Made by a program: the position numbers and the translations under genes. Below are positions 26,739-37,202 of a stretch of DNA of 48,130 nt, one piece after another. Position 1 is the stretch's first letter, and each line of letters begins with the position of its first letter. Source of the stretch: Bacteroidota bacterium (GTDB lineage: Bacteria > Bacteroidota > Ignavibacteria > UBA10030 > SZUA-254); contig JAWOMQ010000052.1 in the NCBI GenBank assembly GCA_033852415.1, positions 1 to 48,130 of the forward strand. The letters run 5' to 3'. The notes beneath the pieces were generated by a model. It did no database searches. It saw only the letters and a program-made list of their open reading frames with translations, and had not been told where the DNA came from.

Positions 26739-26803
26739 GAGAATTCTGGTGTGAGAAGAGGTGAAAGGTCGATGATGTTCATAAACATTCCACCGGAGTG
26801 ACC

Positions 26804-27265
26804 ATGGATTTAGCATATTTGAAAAAGATTGTTCGAATCGTTGAGAACAGCGAAGTTGACGAGATCGAGATCGAGGAAGAGGGATTGCGGGTCCGCATCG
26901 CACGGAACTCCCACACCAATAATGCTGTTCCGGTCTCGACCCCTGCCCCCGTTGCCTCAATTCCCCCTGCACCTATGCTGGAACCGCGTGTCGCGGCGCC
27001 CCCACCCTCGGTTCCCGAGGTTAAATACCATGAGATTAAATCCCCAATCGTCGGGACATTCTATCGTGCACCCGCTCCCGACGCCGATCCGTACGTCAAT
27101 GTCGGCCAGATTGTCCAACAGAAGACTGTCCTCTGTATTATCGAGGCGATGAAACTGATGAATGAGATTGAATCGGATCTCTCCGGTAAGGTGGTCAAGA
27201 TTCTCGTGGAGAATGCTCAACCGGTCGAATATAATCAAACATTGTTTCTCATCGAACCGATGTAA
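26804..27265 (+). CDS. accB: Acetyl-CoA carboxylase biotin carboxyl carrier protein
   Basis: Contains the biotinylation motif [13 protein letters not shown] and a Pro/Ala-rich linker. ATG 26804 lies 5 nt after GGAG. The track uses GTG at 26798. Confidence 0.93.
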   Translation: MDLAYLKKIVRIVENSEVDEIEIEEEGLRVRIARNSHTNNAVPVSTPAPVASIPPAPMLEPRVAAPPPSVPEVKYHEIKSPIVGTFYRAPAPDADPYVNVGQIVQQKTVLCIIEAMKLMNEIESDLSGKVVKILVENAQPVEYNQTLFLIEPM

Positions 27266-27317
27266 TCAGGAACTTCCGGGAAAGAGCATCGGTATTCCGA
27301 CAATCTCGTACTGACCT

Positions 27318-28661
27318 GTGTTTAACAAAATATTAATCGCCAATAGGGGGGAAATTGCGCTCCGCATTATCCGCGTATGTCGGGAACTCTCGATTAAGAC
27401 CGTCGCAGTATATTCAGAAGCCGACCGCAATGCCCTTCACGTGCGGTTTGCCGATGAGGCAGTTTGTATCGGACCGCCGCCTAGTAAGGAAAGTTACCTT
27501 CATATCCCACGGATAATTTCAGCAGCAGAGATTACCGGGGCGGATGCCATTCATCCCGGCTATGGATTCCTCGCCGAGAATGCCCAGTTTGCTGAAATCT
27601 GTGAGGCGCAGGAGATCAAATTCATTGGTCCATCCCCGGCGGCCATCTCGGCAATGGGCGATAAAGCATTGGCGAAGGAAACAATGAAGAAGGCTGGTGT
27701 TCCTGTGATTCCCGGAAGTGATGGCGCTGTCATAGATTTCAAGAAGGCGGCTGAGATCGCGACGGGGATTGGGTTTCCGTTAATGATCAAAGCATCGGCC
27801 GGAGGAGGTGGGAAGGGGATGCGGGTCGTCCGCGATATTGCCGATCTCGAAAAGGCATTTCAAATGGCAAGCAGTGAAGCAGCCTCCGCGTTCGGGAATT
27901 CCGAGGTCTATATTGAAAAGTTTGTCGAGGAACCGAGGCATGTGGAAGTTCAGGTGTTTGGAGATAGTTTTGGAAACGTTGTTCATTTCAATGAACGTGA
28001 TTGTACTGTTCAGCGTCGACATCAGAAGCTCATCGAGGAATCCCCATCACCTATTGTCGACAGTGACCTGAGGGAGAAAATAGGGACGGCCGCCGTTAAA
28101 GGGGCGAAGAGCGTCCAATATGAAGGGGCAGGGACAATAGAATTTCTTGTGGACAAGAGCAAGAATTTCTACTTTATGGAGATGAATACACGGATCCAGG
28201 TGGAACATCCTGTGACCGAAGCGGTGGTCGGAATGGATCTCATCAAACTTCAATTACGCATGGCTGCGGGTGAGCGCCTCCGGAAAAAGGAGTTCAAACC
28301 AAAAGGGCATGCCATTGAATGCCGAATTAACGCGGAAGATCCAGACCGCGACTTCAGGCCATGCCCGGGGGAAATGACGAGTTTCCATATCCCCGGCGGC
28401 TATGATGTGCGCGTTGACACCCATTGCTACACCGGATACCAGATTCCACCTTACTACGATTCACTGATCGCGAAACTTATTGTGCTTGGGGCCAACAGAC
28501 GGGAAGCGATTGACAAAATGGCCAGTGCACTGGAGGAGTTTACGATTGAGGGAATTCAGACAACCATTCCGTTTCATCGTAAGGTTATGAAGAATGAAGT
28601 ATTCCTGAGCGGGTTATATGACACAAGTTTTGTTGAACGAGAATACAACCGGAGTCAATAA
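27318..28661 (+). CDS. accC: Acetyl-CoA carboxylase biotin carboxylase subunit
   Basis: 447-aa ORF with a GTG start, giving [19 protein letters not shown]. It has the ATP-grasp motifs ([22 protein letters not shown]) and full-length collinearity with AccC. Confidence 0.97.
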   Translation: MFNKILIANRGEIALRIIRVCRELSIKTVAVYSEADRNALHVRFADEAVCIGPPPSKESYLHIPRIISAAEITGADAIHPGYGFLAENAQFAEICEAQEIKFIGPSPAAISAMGDKALAKETMKKAGVPVIPGSDGAVIDFKKAAEIATGIGFPLMIKASAGGGGKGMRVVRDIADLEKAFQMASSEAASAFGNSEVYIEKFVEEPRHVEVQVFGDSFGNVVHFNERDCTVQRRHQKLIEESPSPIVDSDLREKIGTAAVKGAKSVQYEGAGTIEFLVDKSKNFYFMEMNTRIQVEHPVTEAVVGMDLIKLQLRMAAGERLRKKEFKPKGHAIECRINAEDPDRDFRPCPGEMTSFHIPGGYDVRVDTHCYTGYQIPPYYDSLIAKLIVLGANRREAIDKMASALEEFTIEGIQTTIPFHRKVMKNEVFLSGLYDTSFVEREYNRSQ

Positions 28662-28687
28662 AAAATGAAGGAGGGTGAGAATAGTCT

Positions 28688-29068
28688 ATGACATTTCCCG
28701 AAAATATTTCATACACGAAAGACCACGAGTGGATTCAGGTGGAAGGTGACCAGGGAATTGTGGGAATCACCGACTATGCGCAGAGTGAACTTGGTGATGT
28801 CGTTTTTGTCGAGCTGCCCAAGATCGGGCGGCAGGTCAAACAAGGTGAGAGCTTCGGAACTATTGAAGCCGTGAAGGCTGTGTCGGATATGTTTGCACCC
28901 GCCAGCGGCGAGATCGTTGCCGTCAATAATGACCTTGATAAGAAACCCGAGACTGTGAACAAAGATCCCTATCGGGCGGGCTGGATTGTCAAAATCCGGG
29001 TACAGGATCGGGGCGAGCTTAAAAATCTGCTTGATGCAAAAAAATATCGGGAATTGATCGGGAAGTGA
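28688..29068 (+). CDS. gcvH: Glycine cleavage system H protein
   Basis: 126-aa ORF with YTKDHEWI, the lipoyl-lysine motif TIEAVKAVSD, and a strong SD (AAGGAGGG) upstream. Confidence 0.95.
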   Translation: MTFPENISYTKDHEWIQVEGDQGIVGITDYAQSELGDVVFVELPKIGRQVKQGESFGTIEAVKAVSDMFAPASGEIVAVNNDLDKKPETVNKDPYRAGWIVKIRVQDRGELKNLLDAKKYRELIGK

Positions 29069-29217
29069 TAGCCGGCTCCGGTACCGGAACGCATTGACTG
29101 ATCTCCTGATCTTCGGCTGAAAATTCTCTCCCTCGGGTCGGTAAGGCAAGACCGGGGTTTAAGCCAGTTGTCATATATGCTTCTTAGTCTATTTTCCCTT
29201 TCGAATAATATACCACT

Positions 29218-32109
29218 ATGCCACTCAACCTAGAAAATACACCAGATTTCGTTTCCCGCCACATCGGTCCGACAGATCAGGATATCGAGGAAATGCTACG
29301 AGTCGTCGGATCCGCTTCGCTCGACGAGTTTATCGACAGCGCCATTCCACACGATATCCGGACGGTCCATTCGTTTAAGCTGCCGGCTCCTATGACTGAA
29401 CACGACACCCTGGAGGCGCTTCGGCAAATAGCGAGAAAGAATATCATGTTCCGCTCTCTCATTGGAATGGGATATTCCGATACAATCCTGCCCGCCGTTA
29501 TCCAAAGGAATATCCTGGAAAATCCGGGCTGGTATACTCAGTACACGCCCTACCAGGCCGAGATTGCTCAGGGCCGCCTCGAGGCACTCCTGAATTTTCA
29601 GACGATGGTGAGCGACCTGACCGGGTTTCCGATTGCGAATGCGTCGCTCCTCGATGAGGCGACAGCGGCTGCCGAGGTTATGACAATGTTTTTCAACAAC
29701 AAGAGCAGGGGAGAAGGGCGGCAATTTTTCGTTGCCGATGATTGCCATCCGCAGATCGTTAAAGTTGTTGAGACACGGGCCCGTCATCTCGGCATACGTG
29801 TTCTGGTCGGAAATTCTGGGACCTTCGAGTTCTCCGCCGAAGTCTTTGGCGCGCTCATTTCTTACCCCACGACCGATGGCGCCGTGCGCGACTATACACA
29901 GTTCTGCGAGCGTGCTCATCGATCAGGATCGCACGTTGCCGCTGCGGCAGATTTGATGGCGCTTACGCTCATCACTCCTCCGGGTGAGTTCGGAGCTGAT
30001 GCAGCAATCGGCAACACACAGAGATTCGGTGTGCCTTTGGGGTACGGCGGCCCCCATGCCGCGTACCTGTCGACGACTGAGGAGTTTAAACGCCTTATGC
30101 CCGGGCGAATCATCGGCGTCTCCATCGACTCTCGGGGTGAACGGGCGCTCCGGATGGCTCTTCAGACCCGTGAACAACACATCCGGCGGGAGAAAGCGAC
30201 TTCCAATATTTGCACAGCACAGGTTCTCCTTGCGGTGATGGCCGGGATGTACGCTGTCTACCATGGTCCGTCGGGTCTGAAAAGGATCGCAGAGAAAATC
30301 CATAACCTCGCATTGTTGCTTGCGCAAGGATTGCAATCGGTTGGATATTCCCTTCGCCACAAAGAGTTTTTCGATACGATCCGGATCCAGAGCGACCAGA
30401 AACGCACAGAGGCGCTGTTGCCGCTCTTTACCAGTAACAAAATCAACCTGAGATGGTATTCCGATTACTCCATCGGTATCTCTCTCGATGAGCTTTCATC
30501 CCCGGAGGAGATTGACAAAATTCTGTCCCTCTTTGGTTCAGTTGCCGGAAAACAGGCGAAATCAATGTCACGTGCGGCGGCTGTGCCGGATGGATATCAT
30601 GGTGTGATGAAAAGAGCTTCTGCCTACCTCACGCATCCGGTGTTCAATTCCTTCCATTCAGAGACTGAGATGATGCGCTACATCCGGTCTCTCGAACAAA
30701 AGGATTTGTCACTTACCCAAAGCATGATACCTCTTGGATCCTGTACGATGAAATTGAATGCGTCAACGGAACTCTTTCCGGTTTCATGGAGGGAATTTAA
30801 CGGCATACATCCCTTTGTCCCCGTGGAACAGGCAGAAGGGTACCAGGAGTTGTTCCGCCAACTCGAGAAACAGCTCACCGAACTTACGGGGTTTGCGGCG
30901 ATCTCCTTCCAGCCCAACTCCGGCGCGCAGGGTGAGTATACCGGATTGCTTGTGATCAGAACATTTCACGAGAATAACAATTCTGCAAACAGGGATATCT
31001 GCCTCATACCGTCATCTGCGCATGGAACGAACCCTGCGAGCGCGGTGATGGCGGGGATGCACGTTGTGGTTGTAGACTCTAACGATGACGGCTCGATCAA
31101 TGTGAACGATTTGCGCAATAAGGCCATCCAATTCAGGGAACGACTTGGCGCATTGATGATCACTTATCCGTCCACTCATGGCGTGTTTGAGGAGACAATA
31201 AAAGAAATCTGTGCCATCGTCCATGAACATGGCGGTCTGGTATACATGGATGGAGCCAACCTGAATGCACAGGTCGGCCTCTGCCGGCCTGCGGAGCTTG
31301 GAGCCGACGTTTGCCATCTGAATTTACATAAAACGTTTTGCATCCCGCATGGCGGTGGAGGCCCGGGTATGGGCCCGATCGGTGTGACGCGTCAGCTTCA
31401 GCCGTATCTTCCCACGAATCCTGTGATACCAGTAGGTGGGCCTCGTTCGCTTGGCTCGGTTTCGGCGGCACCATGGGGAAGTCCGAGTATTATGGTGATC
31501 TCTTGGGTGTATATCATGATGATGGGTATCGAGGGCTTAACCCGTGCGACCAAGATCGCTATCCTGAACGCAAATTACATGGCGAAGAGATTGGAGAAAT
31601 ATTATCCGACTGTGTATAAGGGAAAGAATGACCGGGTTGCTCATGAATTCATCCTCGACCTGAGGCAGGTCAAGGAGTCTGTCTCAATTGAGGTGGAAGA
31701 TGTCGCCAAGCGATTGATGGATTACGGTTTCCATGCCCCCACGACTTCGTTCCCGGTTCACGGTACGTTGATGATTGAACCCACCGAGAGTGAATCGAAG
31801 GTCGAATTGGACAGATATTGTGATGCATTGATTTCCATCCGGAAGGAGATTGCAGAAATTGAAGATGGGAAAGTATCTCGCGATGACAATGTCCTCAAGA
31901 ATGCACCTCATACCGTTGACATGGTGGCAGGTGATCAGTGGGCGCGTCCCTATTCGCGGGAAAAGGCCGCTTTCCCACTCCCATGGGTGAAAAAGCGCAA
32001 GTTCTGGCCGGCAGTTGGCAGGATTAATAATGCCTATGGAGACAAGAATCTTGTTTGTTCGTGCCCGCCGCTGGAAGAGTACGCGGAACTCACAATGGAT
32101 ATCAAATAA
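29218..32109 (+). CDS. gcvP: Glycine dehydrogenase (decarboxylating), single-chain P protein
   Basis: 963-aa ORF with FVSRHIGP at the N-terminus, YTPYQAEI[AS]QGRLE, and the PLP-lysine region [16 protein letters not shown]. Confidence 0.97.
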   Translation: MPLNLENTPDFVSRHIGPTDQDIEEMLRVVGSASLDEFIDSAIPHDIRTVHSFKLPAPMTEHDTLEALRQIARKNIMFRSLIGMGYSDTILPAVIQRNILENPGWYTQYTPYQAEIAQGRLEALLNFQTMVSDLTGFPIANASLLDEATAAAEVMTMFFNNKSRGEGRQFFVADDCHPQIVKVVETRARHLGIRVLVGNSGTFEFSAEVFGALISYPTTDGAVRDYTQFCERAHRSGSHVAAAADLMALTLITPPGEFGADAAIGNTQRFGVPLGYGGPHAAYLSTTEEFKRLMPGRIIGVSIDSRGERALRMALQTREQHIRREKATSNICTAQVLLAVMAGMYAVYHGPSGLKRIAEKIHNLALLLAQGLQSVGYSLRHKEFFDTIRIQSDQKRTEALLPLFTSNKINLRWYSDYSIGISLDELSSPEEIDKILSLFGSVAGKQAKSMSRAAAVPDGYHGVMKRASAYLTHPVFNSFHSETEMMRYIRSLEQKDLSLTQSMIPLGSCTMKLNASTELFPVSWREFNGIHPFVPVEQAEGYQELFRQLEKQLTELTGFAAISFQPNSGAQGEYTGLLVIRTFHENNNSANRDICLIPSSAHGTNPASAVMAGMHVVVVDSNDDGSINVNDLRNKAIQFRERLGALMITYPSTHGVFEETIKEICAIVHEHGGLVYMDGANLNAQVGLCRPAELGADVCHLNLHKTFCIPHGGGGPGMGPIGVTRQLQPYLPTNPVIPVGGPRSLGSVSAAPWGSPSIMVISWVYIMMMGIEGLTRATKIAILNANYMAKRLEKYYPTVYKGKNDRVAHEFILDLRQVKESVSIEVEDVAKRLMDYGFHAPTTSFPVHGTLMIEPTESESKVELDRYCDALISIRKEIAEIEDGKVSRDDNVLKNAPHTVDMVAGDQWARPYSREKAAFPLPWVKKRKFWPAVGRINNAYGDKNLVCSCPPLEEYAELTMDIK

Positions 32110-32241
32110 TGAAGATCGAGGTTGAGCCCCGGAATGATCGAGCGTTCTGTAGGTGGTGATCAAAGACAGCAAGTGTAGTAATATTTCATGGAACTTCGTG
32201 AGGTGTAAATTCCGGTAGACTGGTTCGCGTCCCGACCTGCA

Positions 32242-33795
32242 ATGGACCATAAAGACCTGATTGTCGTTCTGGATTTTGGCTCACAATACTCTCAGTTGAT
32301 TGCACGGAGGGTCCGGGAGCTTGGCGTTTATTCTGAGCTTCATCCGTTCAACATCTCGATTGAAGATCTCCGGGCGTTGAGACCTTCTGGAATCATTCTC
32401 TCGGGGGGACCTTCGAGCGTCTATGCACGCAATGCCCCGCATCCATCCCCTGAAATTTATGCACTTGGCGTTCCTGTCCTTGGCATCTGTTATGGTCTCC
32501 AGGTCATTGCGCACCAACTGGGAGGCAAGGTCGACTCGTCAGCCCGCCATGAGTATGGGCCGGCCAAGCTGATTGTAGAGAGGCCAGCAGACATCCTCCG
32601 TGGATTCCGACCGGGCGCAGCGCACGCCGCGCAGGTGTGGATGAGCCATGGAGACGCCCTGACGAAACTTCCAAAAGGTTTCTCTACTCTTGCACATTCC
32701 TCAAATTCGCGTTTCTGCGTCATTCGGGATCCCGTTCGCAAAATCTTTGGCGTACAATTCCACCCTGAAGTTGCACATACGCCCCGTGGAATCAACGTGC
32801 TGAAGAATTTCATTTTTACGATCTGCCGGTGCCATCCGGGATGGGATGCGGGTTCGTTTATCGAAGCGTCGATAGCCCGGATCAGGAAGACAGTCGGAGG
32901 GGGAACCGTCCTTTGCGCTGTCAGCGGAGGAGTCGATTCTACTGTTCTCGCAGTGTTGCTTCAGAGGGCGGTTGGAGCACGGCTTCACTGCATTCATATT
33001 GATAATGGCCTGATGAGAAAAGACGAGAGCAGCCAATTAGTCCGGCTTTACCGCGAACGATTTAAATTCAACTTTCATCACATCGACGCGGGGAACGTAT
33101 TCCTGAAGAAACTCAAAGGGATAAGCGAGCCCGAACAGAAGAGAAAGATTATCGGAGAGACCTTCATCAGGATTTTTGAGAAAGAAGCGAGGGCGATCGG
33201 TGGCGCAGGTTTCCTTGCACAAGGAACGTTGTATCCTGATGTGATAGAGTCAGTCTCGTATCGGGGTCCTTCGCATACAATCAAGACTCACCATAATGTC
33301 GGTGGCCTTCCCCGGAATATGAAATTTGAACTCATAGAACCTTTTCGGGAATTATTCAAGGATGAAGTTCGTCGCGTCGGTATTGCACTCGACATCGAAC
33401 CGTTCATTCTGAAACGCCATCCATTCCCGGGTCCGGGTCTTGCAGTGAGAATTATCGGCGATATTACGAAGGAAAAGCTCGAGTTGCTTCGGAGCGCAGA
33501 CGCAATCTTTAACGAAGAGATCCGTTCGGCTGGATTATATGAAACAGTGTGGCAGGCATTCGCCGTTCTTCTTCCGGTGCAAACCGTTGGTGTTATGGGT
33601 GACCAGAGGACCTACGAAAATGTCATTGCCCTTCGGGCTGTGACAAGTGTTGATGGGATGACGGCCGACTGGGCGCAGTTTACACCAACATTTCTTTCTA
33701 AAGTTTCGGGGCGCATTGTCAACGAAGTACGGGGGGTCAACCGTGTTGTCTATGATATCAGCTCAAAACCCCCTTCGACTATCGAGTGGGAGTAA
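32242..33795 (+). CDS. guaA: Glutamine-hydrolysing GMP synthase
   Basis: 517-aa ORF. It has the GATase motif GICYG, the ATP-PPase P-loop SGGVDS, and the C-terminal [14 protein letters not shown]. Confidence 0.97.
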   Translation: MDHKDLIVVLDFGSQYSQLIARRVRELGVYSELHPFNISIEDLRALRPSGIILSGGPSSVYARNAPHPSPEIYALGVPVLGICYGLQVIAHQLGGKVDSSARHEYGPAKLIVERPADILRGFRPGAAHAAQVWMSHGDALTKLPKGFSTLAHSSNSRFCVIRDPVRKIFGVQFHPEVAHTPRGINVLKNFIFTICRCHPGWDAGSFIEASIARIRKTVGGGTVLCAVSGGVDSTVLAVLLQRAVGARLHCIHIDNGLMRKDESSQLVRLYRERFKFNFHHIDAGNVFLKKLKGISEPEQKRKIIGETFIRIFEKEARAIGGAGFLAQGTLYPDVIESVSYRGPSHTIKTHHNVGGLPRNMKFELIEPFRELFKDEVRRVGIALDIEPFILKRHPFPGPGLAVRIIGDITKEKLELLRSADAIFNEEIRSAGLYETVWQAFAVLLPVQTVGVMGDQRTYENVIALRAVTSVDGMTADWAQFTPTFLSKVSGRIVNEVRGVNRVVYDISSKPPSTIEWE

Positions 33796-33814
33796 TACTT
33801 CGACCGGGGTTTTG

Positions 33815-35803
33815 CTATCGGCGGGTAAAAATTAGTTTTTCGGTCGAGCGGTTCTTGACAGTTTCAAAGAGATTGCGCAGTTCGGAATATTTGTGCGCCG
33901 GGATGTAGGGTTGTTGGACGATGAACATCTCGTCTTCGACCAGTTGCTGTGCGTTTGCTGAGGTAAACCGGTTTACGTATGTCACATCGTCGCTCTTGAA
34001 CTGCAGCTTATCGGGGAGGTTCCTCACGACAAACTTATCCTGCGGATAGAACACTCGGATGTGTTTTCTGATCGTGTATGGATATTCGAGATCGATCGGA
34101 TAAATACGATTTTCCTTTGCCAACCAATTCAGGTCTGTGAACAACGTGAATGGATCGATATTCAGAAAATAGAGATCTCCCTGCTTTCTCAAGGCGTCCG
34201 GCACTGTAAATCCAAAGTTGAGCTGAAGATCGCAGGAAACTGAATCGTTGTTCGCAAATGAACAGCTCGTAATATTCGCATTGAAGAAGTCGTCGACGAT
34301 AAGATCCTTGCAGAAATCGCGCAATTCCTTTGGCGTGAAGTCATTGAAAAACGTCCGATTGCGATAGTTCTTCTCCCCCGTATAAGTCATCGAAACGGCG
34401 AAGCGTGTGTCGTGTGCGGTGTCAACACTAACGGAAACCTCGATGTCCGTAACGTTTTGATCGCACGATGCGTTCGGGGTATTCTCAATAGAGGAAGTTC
34501 CGTCATTGTGGATTGAAAGCACTGCGATGCCTTCGTCCTGCCATGGGAGCTGTCCAAGGCGGCAATAATTCACCGTCGGGTCGATCCAGAAGATCTGCCG
34601 GTCATCTGTTTCCACTCTGACAATGATGTGGTTGAAATTCCATGCTGGAAATGTCGGATCGAGAACTCCCTGGGAGGCCGTGAGAACCAGAACCGGATTT
34701 GCCTTGATTTGGAGGGCGTCAAGCAATGAAATGAGGAGAGCAGCCTTGTCCTTGCAATCGCCATACTTGCGTTCCAGGACGAGGTGCGGAGGAGCCGGCT
34801 GGAGGTATCCGGGTCCCAGGTCAATCGCCACATACCTCAGGGACTGGACAAATCTGGATACCCGCTGAATCTTGTCGATCTCCGAAAAAGAGTTTTGGGA
34901 TAACTCCTTCGCGAGATAACGGATTTCATCATTTACAGAAATCTCGGGCTCGAAATATTTCTGGTAGTACCATGATGAAATTGCATCCCAGGTCGACCAC
35001 TCGGAAAGTGAGAATTTCACATAGGCCATATTGAGAGACTGGGGCGGCATGTTAATTTCCTGCTGGAAGGCCGGTATGTCATGGAGGATCCAGGTGAACG
35101 AAACCTTGCCGTTGTTCGCCGAGCGTTCGTAGATATTGGTCGGTGACTGAACTGGTTTCGGCAGATCAGGATAATTGTAGCTCTTGTATCGCCAGGTCCA
35201 ACCAAGCCCCTGCCGCTTATCCATGAGAGAAATCGGGATCGTGAGCGTGTACTGATCCCTCATGGTAGGGAGGTAATTCTGAATCTGCCAGACGTCATAC
35301 CAGAAAGCCCGTTGCGTTTTCTTCGTGTATTCGTAATCGATAATACACCCTTTTTCAACCGCAGGAAATGTGAAACGGATAATCTTGGAATCAGAGTAGA
35401 GAGCTGGGCCATGTTCGCCGGCCGATATCGTGTAGAAATCCTGGTCCTTGAGAAAAACATTCCCTCCATCGGGCTTGATCGTGCGCGCGCGCAAATCCGT
35501 GATTGTCTCCCCGTCATAGAGTGGAATTTCCACAGTTGCGTGAGATTCGACATTGCGGAAAAGTTTCTGAATCTTGTGAACCTTGTTGTAGGTGTAGAGA
35601 TCGTTGTTGCCTTCGAGATTCATTTCGATCTCTTTCTGATCCAGCAACACGACTCCGTCTACTTCCGGGTAATCCTCCGGCACAGGCATGCGCTCAAGTC
35701 CCAGCTCTTCCCTCAATGCCGTCGCATCCATCAGTAAAGCGGTTGTGCACGACAACCACGCGAACGAGCAACAGATTGCAAAAGCACAGATCGCGGTCTT
35801 CAC
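33815..35803 (-). CDS. Lipoprotein with a DUF3857-like N-terminal region and a transglutaminase-like core
   Basis: 662-aa ORF. The signal/lipobox is AWLSC. The transglutaminase-core cysteine motif is GDCKDKAALLISLL. The domain order resembles the DUF3857-TGase-DUF3858 proteins common in the FCB group. Confidence 0.78.
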   Translation of the reverse strand: MKTAICAFAICCSFAWLSCTTALLMDATALREELGLERMPVPEDYPEVDGVVLLDQKEIEMNLEGNNDLYTYNKVHKIQKLFRNVESHATVEIPLYDGETITDLRARTIKPDGGNVFLKDQDFYTISAGEHGPALYSDSKIIRFTFPAVEKGCIIDYEYTKKTQRAFWYDVWQIQNYLPTMRDQYTLTIPISLMDKRQGLGWTWRYKSYNYPDLPKPVQSPTNIYERSANNGKVSFTWILHDIPAFQQEINMPPQSLNMAYVKFSLSEWSTWDAISSWYYQKYFEPEISVNDEIRYLAKELSQNSFSEIDKIQRVSRFVQSLRYVAIDLGPGYLQPAPPHLVLERKYGDCKDKAALLISLLDALQIKANPVLVLTASQGVLDPTFPAWNFNHIIVRVETDDRQIFWIDPTVNYCRLGQLPWQDEGIAVLSIHNDGTSSIENTPNASCDQNVTDIEVSVSVDTAHDTRFAVSMTYTGEKNYRNRTFFNDFTPKELRDFCKDLIVDDFFNANITSCSFANNDSVSCDLQLNFGFTVPDALRKQGDLYFLNIDPFTLFTDLNWLAKENRIYPIDLEYPYTIRKHIRVFYPQDKFVVRNLPDKLQFKSDDVTYVNRFTSANAQQLVEDEMFIVQQPYIPAHKYSELRNLFETVKNRSTEKLIFTRR

Positions 35804-36010
35804 TGGATTGCCTTTCGAATGGTTTCGGGAATTGTTTCCCTACTATTCACTAAAAATTTACTACAGTCCTTTGTTAATATCAAGAGGCAGGGCATAATTT
35901 CTTCCTCCAGTCCCGAGGTTGCACACGAGAAGCTCCCCCTCGGGAACAGGCGATGCGCCGCCAATACGAGCGCGATGCTCTAAGTGATTGAATTCTAAGG
36001 GGTTACTTTG

Positions 36011-36505
36011 TTAAAAGCCGCCCCGAAGGGGGCGCGCGACACTTAGTTCGATGACGGAGTATTTCCCATTGAGCACGGTGACATCACAGATAATGCTCTG
36101 GTCTGCCCATGGAGTCGAGTGCCGGATCATGTAGGTCCCTGCAGGCAAACTGAAGAATGCCTGCCGGAGATCGTTTATTTTCGAATACAAACGCTGAAAT
36201 GTGGTATCGAGATCGAGCCGGGCGCATTGAAGAATAGAGAACTGTGCATTGAGGGTCTTGCCTTCTTTCACTCCTTTGAATTCGATCATAATCCCGGTTG
36301 CAAATCCGGATGGAATGTAACGGGGCACCCATTTGACAATCGTATCAGGGGTTAAGGCAAATTGTCCGGCAAATTTTGGAAGAGGATGAAAGGGAATCGG
36401 GAGCCCGGGCTCGATCCGGGTGAGCGGTGGATAAAGTGGTGGAGCACAGTTCGACAGGATCAATGCGAAGATGCTACACGCACCAAGTTTTTGCCAGGAC
36501 TTCAT
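36011..36505 (-). CDS. Hypothetical lipoprotein
   Basis: The start at the internal ATG 36505 gives MKSWQKLGACSIFALILSNC, with lipobox LSNC. No recognisable domain. The track start is 36589. Confidence 0.55.
   Translation of the reverse strand: MKSWQKLGACSIFALILSNCAPPLYPPLTRIEPGLPIPFHPLPKFAGQFALTPDTIVKWVPRYIPSGFATGIMIEFKGVKEGKTLNAQFSILQCARLDLDTTFQRLYSKINDLRQAFFSLPAGTYMIRHSTPWADQSIICDVTVLNGKYSVIELSVARPLRGGF
36013..36034 (-). terminator. Possible intrinsic terminator overlapping the 3' end of the lipoprotein gene
   Basis: On the minus strand, CGCCCC-CTTC-GGGGCG (36019-36034) forms a perfect 6-bp GC stem. It is followed by GCTTTTAA, whose TAA is the stop codon (36011-13). The T-tract is short. 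Confidence 0.4.
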
Positions 36506-36651
36506 TTCTCTCGCGGAGAATAGACAGATGAACTCCGGTTTGCAACGGTGGCGGTTCAGCATAACCACGCGAGGGGGAATTGCCAGCATTGTACTATGCC
36601 CCCTCGCCTTTTCATCCGGCTCGAGGCGGAATTTCCAAACTCCCTGCGTGC

Positions 36652-37092
36652 CTACTGATTCAGGATACGGGAAATCTTCTTGTCGAGGCCGACCTTTTGA
36701 AAGTATATTGTAATCGATCCGCCAGGTGCATCCGCGGTGACGATCCCACTTTCCACCCCTTTCGATTGTAGCTTCCAGTTCCTGACGTTCGTCACATCCC
36801 AGCCGTGCGATGCGTAAAACTGGGAAAGCTTTTCAACTGTTGCGACCTTGATCTGGGATTTCTCATAATCAGTTGTGAGACTCATATACGCTTGCCCAAC
36901 CTCCTGGTCATTGCATCGCAGTGAATTCCAATCCATCAGATCGGCTGCAGATGGATCGTTTTTGACAAGTTTTTCGAACGTCGTCTTGGAAAGCCTTACG
37001 TATTCCCTTGCGTCGGATTCACAACCCGTAACGAAGCTACTGACAATGATGAAAGAGAGTGATAGTGTCACGTATGTTAGCCACGACTTCAT
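36652..37092 (-). CDS. Hypothetical lipoprotein
   Basis: The start at ATG 37092 gives MKSWLTYVTLSLSFIIVSSFVTGC, with lipobox VTGC. No recognisable domain. Confidence 0.6.
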   Translation of the reverse strand: MKSWLTYVTLSLSFIIVSSFVTGCESDAREYVRLSKTTFEKLVKNDPSAADLMDWNSLRCNDQEVGQAYMSLTTDYEKSQIKVATVEKLSQFYASHGWDVTNVRNWKLQSKGVESGIVTADAPGGSITIYFQKVGLDKKISRILNQ

Positions 37093-37123
37093 ATGTACGT
37101 TCTCCATAACTATGCCGGTGATG

Positions 37124-37159
37124 AAAAAAAGGCACGACCGGACATAGTCCCGGCGTGCC
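37124..37159 (-). terminator. Rho-independent terminator downstream of nrdJ
   Basis: On the minus strand, GGCACGCCGG-loop-CCGGTCGTGCC (37131-37159) forms a 10-bp stem with one bulge. It is followed by seven T residues (37124-37130) and lies 43 nt after the nrdJ stop. Confidence 0.78.
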
Positions 37160-37202
37160 GTATAACGGATTTACCGAAGAGGGTTATTATCTTCTCTGTT
37201 CC

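Noticed and set aside
26307-26972. 221-aa minus-strand ORF, the longest unassigned ORF in the track
   Set aside because: It lies antisense to efp and accB, both of which have unmistakable family signatures. Its product is Arg/Ser/His-rich and low-complexity, which is typical of shadow ORFs.
29069-29217. Glycine riboswitch upstream of gcvP
   Set aside because: GGAGAG...GCCGAAG-like fragments occur only on the minus strand, which is the wrong orientation to regulate gcvP. The plus strand lacks the conserved aptamer cores.
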